The notes under the pieces: generated by a model | Told to the model about the DNA's origin: nothing | The model's input: the letters and a program-made list of their open reading frames with translations, nothing else | Databases searched by the model: none | Position numbers and translations under genes: made by a program | Origin: Myxococcota bacterium | GTDB taxonomy: Bacteria > Myxococcota_A > Polyangia > Polyangiales > Sandaracinaceae | Assembly (NCBI GenBank): GCA_036149055.1 | Contig: JAYZQJ010000082.1 | Location: 1 to 64,000 of the forward strand | Direction: 5' to 3' | Length of the DNA: 64,000 bases | Shown here: positions 8,551 through 17,700 of the stretch, piece by piece | How positions within the stretch are numbered: position 1 is the stretch's first letter | How the letters are laid out: every line of letters begins with the position of its first letter

Positions 8551-10478
8551 GCGAGGTCGTCCTGGAGACGGTCGAGGCGCTCACGGCGGCCCTCGGCGCC
8601 AAGCGCCGGCTCAGCCGCGCCCTGGTGAAGGGCGTCGAGCTCCAGGGGGTCGACCTCTCGAGGGCGCGCTTCGTCGACGTGCGCTTCGAGGGCGTGCGGC
8701 TCCGCGGCTGTGATCTGAGCGGGGCCGAGCTGCGCGGGGTGCGCTTCGCCGGCGGCGCGATCGCGAGCTGTCGCCTCCGCGACGCGCGCTTCTCGAGTGA
8801 CTGCGTGCTCGGCGGGCCGGGCGAGGAGCTCGACCTGTCGGGCTCGAGCTTCGGGCGGGCGACGCTCGAGGGGCTCGATCTCCGGCACGTGCAGCTCGGC
8901 GGCGCGCGCCTCGAGGACGCCCGGCTCCGCGGCGCGATCCTCGAGGAGGCGAGCCTCCCCGGCGTGTCGCTCTCGCGCGCCGATCTGCGGGAGGCGAAGC
9001 TCGCCGGGGCGGCGCTCGCGGGCGCGGACCTGAGCCGCGCGCGGCTCGACGGCGCGGACCTGAGCCGCGCGCTCCTCGACGCGACGGTGCTCGAGGGCGC
9101 GAGCCTGCGCGGCGCGCGCCTCGCCGAGACCTCGATGGGCGGCGCCACCTGCGACCACGCCGACCTCGGCGGCTGCGATCTCCGGGGCCTCGCCGCGCCG
9201 CCGCTGGCGCTCCGCGAGGCCCGGCTCGAGGAGGCCAACCTCTCGGGCCTCGCGCTCGCGGGCGCGACCCTCGAGGGGGCGCGGCTCGCCGGCGCGTCGC
9301 TCCTCCGGGCCGGGCTCCGCGAGGCGCGCCTCGACGGCGCCGACCTCACCGGCGCGATCCTGGACGGCGCCGACCTGCGCCGCGCGTCCTTCGCCAAGGC
9401 CGCGGCGGCGGGCGCGAGCCTGAAGGGCGTCACCGCCGCGAGCTCGCGCTGGCGCGGCGCGGACCTCGCGGACGTGGATCTCGGCGACGCCGATCTGACC
9501 GACGCCGAGCTCGACGGCGCGTGCCTCGACCGGGCGCGGCTGGGCGGCGCCACGCTGGTCGGCGCGAGCCTCGCCGGCGCGAGCTGGAACGACACCGCGA
9601 TGGCGGGCGCCACGCTCCGGGAGGTCGATCTCTCGGGCTGCGTGCTCATCGGGGCCGACCTGACGGAGGCGGATCTCTCGTCGGCGCGGCTCGACGCCTG
9701 TGACCTCTCGGGTGCCCGGCTGGAGCGGGCAAGGCTCGCGGGCGCCTCGCTCGCGGGCGCGCGGCTCGACGCCGCCATCCTCGACGGCGCGCAGGCCCAG
9801 GGGGCGTCCTTCGCCGAGGCCTCGCTCGTGCGGGCCACCGTCGACGGCGCCGATCTCTCGCAGGCGGACTTCACCGGGGCGGACCTGACCCGCACCTTCC
9901 TCGCCCCGGCCACCCTGCGGGGCGTGCGCTTCACCCGGGCGGCTCTGGCCGGCGCGGTGCTCGAGGGGGCGGAGCTGATGCGCTGCGATCTCACCGACGC
10001 CGATCTGAGCGGGGCGACCTTGACCCGCGCGCGGCTCAGCGAGGCCGACCTGTCCCGGGCGAGCCTCCGCGAGGCCCTCCTCGGCGGCGCCTCGATGCTG
10101 AAGACGGTGGCGCGCGACGCGGACTTCAGCGGCGCGAGCCTGCGGGGCGCCGACGCCCGGGGGGCCGACCTCCGCGGGGCGCACTTCGTCTCCGCCGAGC
10201 TCGTCGAGGCCCGGCTCTCCCTGGCGCGGCTGTCGCGCGCGCTCCTCGAGCGGGCGGATCTGCGCAAGGCCGATCTCGAGCAGGCGAGCTTGCGATTCTG
10301 CGTGCTCGACCACGCCAAGCTCGACGGCGCGCGGCTCTGCATGGCGCAGCTGTCGGGCGCGTCGATGCACGCGGCCACCACCGACGGCGCCGATCTCCGC
10401 GACGCCGACCTGACCGACGTCGCCGGCACGGATCCCGCCCGGGCCCGCGCCGAGCTCTTCACCCTGCCGAACCGATGA
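8547..10478 (+). CDS. Long pentapeptide-repeat protein (TagB-like), 643 aa
   Basis: ATG at 8547 overlaps the upstream TGA (ATGA); almost entirely ADLSG/ARLDG/ASLRG repeats. Confidence 0.88.
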   Translation: MSEVVLETVEALTAALGAKRRLSRALVKGVELQGVDLSRARFVDVRFEGVRLRGCDLSGAELRGVRFAGGAIASCRLRDARFSSDCVLGGPGEELDLSGSSFGRATLEGLDLRHVQLGGARLEDARLRGAILEEASLPGVSLSRADLREAKLAGAALAGADLSRARLDGADLSRALLDATVLEGASLRGARLAETSMGGATCDHADLGGCDLRGLAAPPLALREARLEEANLSGLALAGATLEGARLAGASLLRAGLREARLDGADLTGAILDGADLRRASFAKAAAAGASLKGVTAASSRWRGADLADVDLGDADLTDAELDGACLDRARLGGATLVGASLAGASWNDTAMAGATLREVDLSGCVLIGADLTEADLSSARLDACDLSGARLERARLAGASLAGARLDAAILDGAQAQGASFAEASLVRATVDGADLSQADFTGADLTRTFLAPATLRGVRFTRAALAGAVLEGAELMRCDLTDADLSGATLTRARLSEADLSRASLREALLGGASMLKTVARDADFSGASLRGADARGADLRGAHFVSAELVEARLSLARLSRALLERADLRKADLEQASLRFCVLDHAKLDGARLCMAQLSGASMHAATTDGADLRDADLTDVAGTDPARARAELFTLPNR

Positions 10479-10485
10479 GGTCCCG

Positions 10486-11286
10486 ATGAACGCGCTCCCC
10501 CTCGAGCTCCCCCACGCCGGCGCCTTCTCGGCCCGGGTCACCGCCGCACGGGGCGCGCGCGTCGAGCTGGAGTGCGCGCGGCGCGGGCAGGTCGAGGCCC
10601 GCAACGCGGCCGCCGGCTACCGTCCCCGGGCCGGCGATCGGGTGCTCGTGATCGAAGGGGAGGGCGGCGCGCTCTTCGTCGTCGGCGTGCTCACCGCGCT
10701 GCGCGAGGCCGGCGAGCCCCTGGTGGCCGAGGACGGCAGCGAGGCGAGCCTGGGCGCCGACGGCGTGCTGCGGGTGCGCGACGGATCCGGCGCGCTCCTC
10801 TTCGAGCACCACGGCGACCGCTCCGTCGTTCACGCCCCGCGCGGGGATCTCGCGCTCCGGGCCGAGGGCCGGGTCACGCTCGACGGACAGGAGGGCGTCG
10901 AGGCGCGCAGCGACGGGCCGATCGAGCTCGCGTCGGGGGCGAGCGCCCTGCGCCTCGACGACGACCGCGCCTCGCTGGTCTCGCCGCGGCTCTCGGCGGA
11001 GACCGAGGAGGCGACGCTCCGATCGAAGGACGCCAGCCTCGTGGTCGGGACCCTCCGGACGGCGGTGCACCGCCTCCGCGAGCGCGTCGAGCACGTGGAT
11101 CGCCGCGCCGGCCGGGTGGTCGAGCACGCGCGCGAGATCTTCCGTGAGGTCGAGGGGCTCGAGCAGACCAAGGCCGGGCGCCTCCGGCTCGTCGCCGAGA
11201 AGGCGCTCTACGCGATCGGCGGCCAGACGCTGCTCAAGGCGCGCGAGGACGTGAAGATCAAGGGCGAGAAGGTCTACCTCGGGTAG
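10486..11286 (+). CDS. DUF3540 family protein (TagC-like)
   Basis: A..AAGYRPRAGDRVLV..FVVGVL at the N-terminus and EQTKAG..TLLKAREDVKIKGEKVYLG at the C-terminus; typical position after the pentapeptide genes. Confidence 0.75.
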   Translation: MNALPLELPHAGAFSARVTAARGARVELECARRGQVEARNAAAGYRPRAGDRVLVIEGEGGALFVVGVLTALREAGEPLVAEDGSEASLGADGVLRVRDGSGALLFEHHGDRSVVHAPRGDLALRAEGRVTLDGQEGVEARSDGPIELASGASALRLDDDRASLVSPRLSAETEEATLRSKDASLVVGTLRTAVHRLRERVEHVDRRAGRVVEHAREIFREVEGLEQTKAGRLRLVAEKALYAIGGQTLLKAREDVKIKGEKVYLG

Positions 11287-11292
11287 CGCGCG

Positions 11293-11706
11293 TCACCCGT
11301 TGACGATCACCTTCGTCTGAGACGGGGCGATGACGTTGCCGGCCGGCGCGTTCGCGCTCGCGCCGTTGTGCGCCGTCGTCTTGAGCATGTTGACGATGTC
11401 GTTGCCCTCGACCTTCACCTTGGACACGCCGACCTTGAAGGTGGCCTTGTCCATGTTGGTGCCGCTGCTCACGCCCTTGAGCGTGCCCGCCTCGTCACCC
11501 ATGGTGCGCGGGATCTCGGTCGCTTTGGTCACCACCGGCTGGTTGAGGATCTTGACCTTCTTGCTGCAGGTGCCCCCGTTGGCCTGCGTGAGCATGGCGA
11601 TGTTGGGGAACGGCACCGGGATGGGCGGCGCCGGCGGCGCGGGCACCTTGCACACGTCGGGGAAGGCGAAGGCCTGACCGCCTCCCTTGGTCGAAGCGGG
11701 GAACAT
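11293..11706 (-). CDS. DUF4150 PAAR-like (PIPY-type) spike-tip protein (TagD-like)
   Basis: AFPDVCKVPAPPAPPIPVPFPNIAM..GDEAGT..GV.SG..SKVKVEG..HNG..N..G..IAPSQTKV; GAGAGC/GGAG-like RBS upstream. Confidence 0.88.
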   Translation of the reverse strand: MFPASTKGGGQAFAFPDVCKVPAPPAPPIPVPFPNIAMLTQANGGTCSKKVKILNQPVVTKATEIPRTMGDEAGTLKGVSSGTNMDKATFKVGVSKVKVEGNDIVNMLKTTAHNGASANAPAGNVIAPSQTKVIVNG

Positions 11707-11719
11707 CAGCGCTCTCCTC

Positions 11720-12658
11720 TCATCGCACGATCCTCAGGGCTCCGTCGCGGGGCGCGACGAGGATCTCGAAGCGCTTGCGGGAGCCGTCGTCCGCCGGCGG
11801 CGTCTCGAGCAGGGCCTTGCCGTCCGGGCGCCGCAGCCACCAGATCCGGCCGCCGCAGCAGGAGACCGGCTCGACCTCGTCGCGCTCGAAGGGCTCGACC
11901 CCGGCGGGCAAGAACACGGTCGCGAGCCCCGCGCGCAGGTCGTCGCGGAAGAGCGCCTCGGGCTCGGCGTAGGCGCGCGCGTAGGCCGCGATCTTCGGCT
12001 CGAGCTCGGCGACGAGCCCGTCCGCGTCCTGGGCGAGGGCGAGGTCCCGCAGGTGGATCGCGTAGTCCTTCAGCGCCTCGACGTCGTCGTGGGCCTCCGC
12101 CTCCTGCAGCTCGTCCGCGAAGTCCGGGGGAGGGCCCTCGGGGTTGGCGTCGAAGAGCAGGAAGAAGGTCTGCGGCACGTCGAAGTCGGGCTCCTCGCCG
12201 TCGGCCTCGCGCTGCCGGGAGTCGGCGATGCGCTGGCGCAGCTCGTCGTGGAGCGCCGCCTCGAGCACGAAGGGGCCGGCGCCGGGCGCGATCGGCTCTC
12301 CTCGCGCCGCGATCGGCACGTTGACGAAGATCTCCGCCGCCTCGAGCGCGTCCCGCGCGTCCTCGGGCTCGCCGAGGGGCCAGACCCGCACCTCGACCAT
12401 GTTGTCCGAGGGGAGCAGGTAGGGGTTGGCGGGCGGCGCGAAGTGCTCGGCCTGATCCGGGTCGGTCGCCTCGAGCGCGATCAGCGGCAGGTCGTTGAGC
12501 AGCACCTCCACCCGGCAGCCGTCCACGATGGCCTCGAGGTGGTGGATGGTCTTCGGCCGCGGCGGGGGCGGGCCGTCGTCCTCGGCCGGCTCCAGCGGCG
12601 GGAGCTCTTCCTCGGGCGGCAGGTCCACCGCGGGCGCGTCGTAGTTGGGCTCGATCAT
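11720..12658 (-). CDS. Hypothetical acidic protein, 312 aa (candidate immunity or adaptor)
   Basis: ATG at 12658 overlaps the upstream stop (ATGA); MIEPNYD...; GCRVEVLLNDLP..PANPYLLPSDNMVEV; lies between the 678-aa gene and the PAAR-like gene. Confidence 0.7.
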   Translation of the reverse strand: MIEPNYDAPAVDLPPEEELPPLEPAEDDGPPPPRPKTIHHLEAIVDGCRVEVLLNDLPLIALEATDPDQAEHFAPPANPYLLPSDNMVEVRVWPLGEPEDARDALEAAEIFVNVPIAARGEPIAPGAGPFVLEAALHDELRQRIADSRQREADGEEPDFDVPQTFFLLFDANPEGPPPDFADELQEAEAHDDVEALKDYAIHLRDLALAQDADGLVAELEPKIAAYARAYAEPEALFRDDLRAGLATVFLPAGVEPFERDEVEPVSCCGGRIWWLRRPDGKALLETPPADDGSRKRFEILVAPRDGALRIVR

Positions 12659-14691
12659 TGGTTGGCCGCCAGGAGCTTGCGGGTCGGGCTCGCGCCCGCC
12701 TCGAGGTGCACGGCGAGGCTGCAGCCCCTCACGGAGCCGCTCAGGTAGCGCCGGAGATCGCTGAGCGAGACCCAGTCTCGCGACCAGCTGCGGGCGCCGA
12801 TCACGTCGAGGTCCTCGCGGATCGCGTTGGCGAGCGCGTCGACCGCCTTCGGCACCTTGTCGAACGCGGTGTCGCGCTCGACGCGGGCGGCGATGAGGTC
12901 GGCGCACGAGCTCAGCGTGTAGCGGGTCTCGCCGTCGTCGGAGAACACGCGGATGTCCCACCCGCGCGTGAGCACCCCGAGGATCACGCGGGAGATCGCC
13001 GTCTGGCTCATCGTCGGCGGCTGATAGGGCTCGTCGCGCGGCCACTCCAGGCCCCACCACGGGCCGGGCGGCACCAGCTCCCACTCGTGCACGTCGGTCC
13101 AGCTGATCCCGAGCACGCCGGCCGAGGTCTCGCAGGTCGCCGTGATGCCGGTCCACCGGGCCTTGGCGTCGACGCTGACCATCGAGTTGCGCTGGTTGAT
13201 CCCGATGAAGGCCTCGGTCTCGATCGCGGTCTCGCCCTTGGCGTTGAACTTGAAGACGTAGCCGGCCTCGGCGCGGGCGCCGAGCTCGCCGGTGAGCTTG
13301 CCCTTCACGCCCGGCAGCCGGAAGCCCGGCGCGCCGTCGGGGCTCTCTCGCTTCATGCCGCACTCGACGCCCAGCTCGCCCTTGAGCGCGGCGTAGATCT
13401 GGAGCTTGAAGCTGCAGGCGCTGACGCCGATGCCGATCTCGAAGGTGACGCTGAAGATCGTCAGGCTGAGCGCGACGTCGACGAACTGGTAGACGCGGTG
13501 GTCGGTGTGCTCCTTCCAGTACCACTCGACCGCGACGCCGCCCTGCATCAGCTGCAGGTTCCAGTCGATGTACCAGCCCACCTTCGGGGCGTAGTCCTTC
13601 ACCATCTCGATGATCTGGCGGAAGGTGTCGGCGTACTTCAGCACCGCGCCGATGACGGCGAAGACGTCGAGATCGACCTTGTCGCCGTCGCGGGAGAGGG
13701 TGATGACGTCCCAGACCTTCATCAGGGCCGGGGAGGGCTCGAAGTCCGGGCCCTGCGAGCTGTCGTAGCTCGAGCCGGTCACCGTGAGCGAGCTCGGCCC
13801 CCAGTAGGCGTCCTCGGCGGTCACCGTCTCCTTGAGCTCGCCGCCGCTCGCGAGGCCCTTGATCTCCTTGGCGCCCTCCGCCTCGTACTTCGCGCCGCCT
13901 TTGTAGCCGGCCATCGGCGGGAGCTTGAACTCGAACTTGAACTGCCGCGGGTTGTAGACGACGACCGGGATCGACGTGGGGCCGGGCCGGATGGTGTGAG
14001 TCGTCTTCTCCTTGAACGACCGCCAGAAGCTCGGCAGCAGGATGTTCAGGATGTCGACGTCGCCGTGGTAGGCGACGTCCACCGCGTACGTCGTGTAGCC
14101 GCCGGGGTGGGAGCCGTTCTGCGCCGCCTGGCTCGCCTCGCGGCCGGGCGTGGTCACCTCGAGCGAGCCGGGCATGCTGCCCAGGTAGTCGTCGCGCCAG
14201 TGGACCTGGATGGAGTCGGTCGTCGCGCCCTTCTCCGGCACGACCTCGATCCGCGTGCCCTTCTCGAAGAGATCGCGGCCGTTCGTCGAGTGGTGGTGGC
14301 ACTCGAGGATCCAGTCCTTGATCTTGACCTCGTCGTCGGCCTGCGAGGACTCCTGCTCGTCCTCCTGGCTCGCGCCGCCGCCGCCGAGCGCGTGCTGATG
14401 GCGGGTGACCACCGGCGCGTCGTCGTCGCGCACGCGGCGCAGGCGCAGGCTGCCGTCCTCGAGGCGCCGGGTCAGCAGCGCGAGCATCTCGAGGTCGCTC
14501 AGCGGGCGCGCGGGCGCCATCGGGTCGCTCATCAGGACGTGCCGGAGGACCTCGCGGTTGCCCGGCGAGTCGAGCGCGTCCCGCAGGAAGCACGCCGCCA
14601 GCGCGGGCAGGTCCATGTCGTCGGTCGTGACGTCGAGCGGGTGGCCCAGCTCGAACAGCTCCCCCATCGGGCCATAGATCTCGTGGCTCAC
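12655..14691 (-). CDS. Hypothetical protein, 678 aa, with a beta-strand-rich central region (candidate effector)
   Basis: Coding-like ORF with GAGGGG RBS before the GTG; no signal peptide; long run of alternating hydrophobic/polar strands. Confidence 0.75.
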   Translation of the reverse strand: MSHEIYGPMGELFELGHPLDVTTDDMDLPALAACFLRDALDSPGNREVLRHVLMSDPMAPARPLSDLEMLALLTRRLEDGSLRLRRVRDDDAPVVTRHQHALGGGGASQEDEQESSQADDEVKIKDWILECHHHSTNGRDLFEKGTRIEVVPEKGATTDSIQVHWRDDYLGSMPGSLEVTTPGREASQAAQNGSHPGGYTTYAVDVAYHGDVDILNILLPSFWRSFKEKTTHTIRPGPTSIPVVVYNPRQFKFEFKLPPMAGYKGGAKYEAEGAKEIKGLASGGELKETVTAEDAYWGPSSLTVTGSSYDSSQGPDFEPSPALMKVWDVITLSRDGDKVDLDVFAVIGAVLKYADTFRQIIEMVKDYAPKVGWYIDWNLQLMQGGVAVEWYWKEHTDHRVYQFVDVALSLTIFSVTFEIGIGVSACSFKLQIYAALKGELGVECGMKRESPDGAPGFRLPGVKGKLTGELGARAEAGYVFKFNAKGETAIETEAFIGINQRNSMVSVDAKARWTGITATCETSAGVLGISWTDVHEWELVPPGPWWGLEWPRDEPYQPPTMSQTAISRVILGVLTRGWDIRVFSDDGETRYTLSSCADLIAARVERDTAFDKVPKAVDALANAIREDLDVIGARSWSRDWVSLSDLRRYLSGSVRGCSLAVHLEAGASPTRKLLAANQ

Positions 14692-14704
14692 GCGCCCCTC
14701 CTCG

Positions 14705-17700
14705 TCACCCCAGCATCAGTCGATAGAGCGCCTCGGCCTGCGAAGCGCTGAGCGGTCTCAGCATACGGTACTGCTGACGTGCCCGATCGGTTTGACCGAG
14801 CCGGTGATAACAAGACCCCGCGTTGTAACGGACGGTCGCGTCCGACGGGACCTGCTTCAGGATGGCCTCGTAGACCTGCGCGGCGTCGTCCAGCCGGGCG
14901 GCGTGATCGTAGAGCCCGCCGAGCGCCCGGAGGAGCCCGAGGTCGTTCACGCCGCCGCCCCGCGCGGTCTCGTACTCCTTCACCGCGTCGTCGGTCTTGC
15001 CGGTGTGGTGGTAGCAGGCGCCCAGCCAGTAGTGCGTCGTCGGCGACGTGCTGCCGTTCTTGATCGCCATGCGCAGCGCGCCGGCGGCCTCCTCGTAGCG
15101 GCCCGCCGACATGTAGGCGTAGCCCAGCGCCTCCCGCGCCTCGATCGACTCGGAGCGCGCGCTGACCGCCTGTTCGTAGGCCTCGGTCGCCTCCGCGACC
15201 TTCTGGAGATCCATCAGCGAGCGGCCGAGCGAGAGCAGCGCGTCGGCGTCCCCGGGCTCCTCCTCGAGCGCGCGGCGGAACGCGGCGACCGCCTCCTCGT
15301 GCCGGCCCATCGCGCGCAGCACCCGGCCGCGCCCGCGGTGCGACGGGGCGTCGCCGTCGTAGATGTCGAGCGCGGCGTCGAAGGCCTTCAGCGCGAGCTC
15401 GTGGTCGTCTCGCGCGAGCCGCGCGCGCCCCAGCTCGAGGAACGCCTCGAGGTTGCCGGGGCTCAGCCGGGCCGCCTCGTCGAAGGCCTTCACCGCGTCG
15501 AGCGTGCGATCGAGCGGCATGTACGCGCGCCCCGCGCCGATCCAGGCGTCGACGAGCTCCTTGTCCTTGGCGAGCGCCTTCTCGAACGCGTCCGCCGCCT
15601 GCGCGTGGTCGCCGGCCTCGGCCAGCATCCGGCCCTGCACGGTCAGCAGGCCCGGGTGCGCGGGATCGGCGCGCAGGCCGCGGCGCACCGCCGACTCGAT
15701 CTTGTCGGTCTCGAGCGTCGCCTCGTAGGCCCGCACCAGCTCGTGGAAGAGCTCCGCGTCGTCCTCGACGTGCCGCGCCGCGCCCTCGAGCGTGCGGGCC
15801 GCCTCCTCGAACTCTCCGTCCTCGAGCTGCAGCACGCCGAGCTGCCGGGCCGCGTCGAAGCGACCGGGGTCGATCCGGAGCGACTCGGCGAAGGCGGCCT
15901 GGGCCCGGTCCTCTTCGCCGAGCTCGAGCAGCACCATGCCGAGGTCGCGGCGCACCTCGGCGTGCTCGGGGGCCACCTCCACCGCGCGCTCCAGCTCCTC
16001 GAGGGCGTCCTGCAGCCGCCCGGCCCGGCGGTAGGCGGCGGCCAGCTCGCGGCGCGCCTCCAGGTGACCGCCGTCCCGGTCGAGCACCTGGCGGAAGCTC
16101 GCCACCGCCTTGCCGTCGTCGTTCGCCAGCACGTGCGCGAGCCCCGCGCCGTAGTGCGCCTCGACGTGATCGGGGTGCTTGGCGATCACCCGCTCGAAGC
16201 TGCTCGCCGCGTCCTGCGGTCGCTCGAGCTCGAGGTAGACCTTGCCGAGCGCGACCCCGGGCTCGGGCGCCTCCTTCGCGAGCCGGACCGCGTGTCGGAG
16301 CGCGCGCATCGCCTCCTCGAGATCGCCCTGCAGGCGGTAGGCGTCGCCGGCCGCGGTGTAGGCGGCGCCGAAGTCCGGGCGCACCCGCGTGGCCTGCCGG
16401 AAGGCCTCGGCCGCCGCGTCCGCCTCCTGCCGCGCGAGCCGCACCTGCCCGAGGCAGTACCAGGCGTCGGCGTGATCGGGGCTGCGGCGCACGACCTCCT
16501 CGTACTCGCGCAGCGCGTCGTCCTGGTTGCCGCGCTCCTGGAAGCACTTGCCCAGCGCGAAGCGCCCCTCGACGTGGTAGGCGTCGTATCGCAGGCAGTC
16601 CTGCAGCGACTCGATCGCCTTGTCCATGCGGCCCATGTGCGACAGCGCGTAGCCGAGCTCCGCGTGCAGCTCGGCGTCCTCGGGCGCGATCCAGATGGCC
16701 TGCTCGAACGCCTCGAGGGCCTCCGCGTGCCGGCCCACCGAGACCTGCAGCGCGCCGAGCAGCCCGTGCAGGGCCGCGTCGTTCGGGCGCAGGCGCAGGG
16801 CGCTGTGCACCGCCTCGATCGCGTCGTCGATCCGGCCGAGGTCGCGGAGGATCTCGCCCTGCAGCCGGAGGATGTCGAGGTCGTCGGGGGCGAGCACCCG
16901 GGCCTCGCCGAGCGCCTTCTCCGCCTGCTCGTCGCGGTCGAGCTTTCGGAGCACCCGCGCGAGCTCGATGAAGAGCTTGGGCACCTCGGCGTCGACCCGG
17001 ATGCCCTTCTCGTAGGCGGCGACCGCGTCCTCGTGGCGCTCGAGCGAGGCGAGGGCCTGGCCCTTGAAGAGGTAGGTCTCGGCCGTCGGGTCGATGGACT
17101 CCGCCTCCTCGAACGCCTCGAGCGCCTCGACGTGCCGGCGCAGCGCGCGCAGCGAGAGGCCGAGCCCGCGGTGGGACGCGTGCCGGTGCGCGTGGATCGC
17201 GATCGCCTTCTTGTAGGCGTCGATCGCGTCCTCGTGCTCGCCGAGGTGACGCTTGGACTCGCCGAGGTGGAAGAACGCGGGCTCCATGCGCGCGTCCCGC
17301 TCGACCGCCTTCTCGAAGGGGCCGACCGCCTCGAAGTGCTCGCCGTGCTCGAAGTGATGGAAGCCGAGCGCGTAGTGCACCCCGGCCACCTCGGGCTGGA
17401 GGCGCACGGCGTGGCGCAGCGCCTTGGTCGCCTCCTCGGCCCGGCCGAGCGCGCGGTAGCTCTCGCCGAGGTGGGAGAAGGCCAGGGCGTAGCCCTTGTC
17501 GAACGCGGTCGCGTGCTCGAGCACCTCCACCGCCTCGCGGTGTCGGTCGAGCTTCGCGAGGGTCTTGCCCTTGCCGTCGAGCGCGTGGATCTCGTCGCCG
17601 CGCAGCTCCAGCGACTTCTCGAACGCGTCGAGCGCGTCGTCGTAGCGGCCGAGGCGATGGAGCGGCTCCCCCAGGCGGCGGTGCGCCTCGGCGTCGTCGG

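Noticed and set aside
7670..10478. Qnr/MfpA quinolone-resistance genes
   Set aside because: The proteins are far longer than Qnr/MfpA and sit in DUF2169/DUF3540/DUF4150 context, which points to T6SS-tip accessory proteins.
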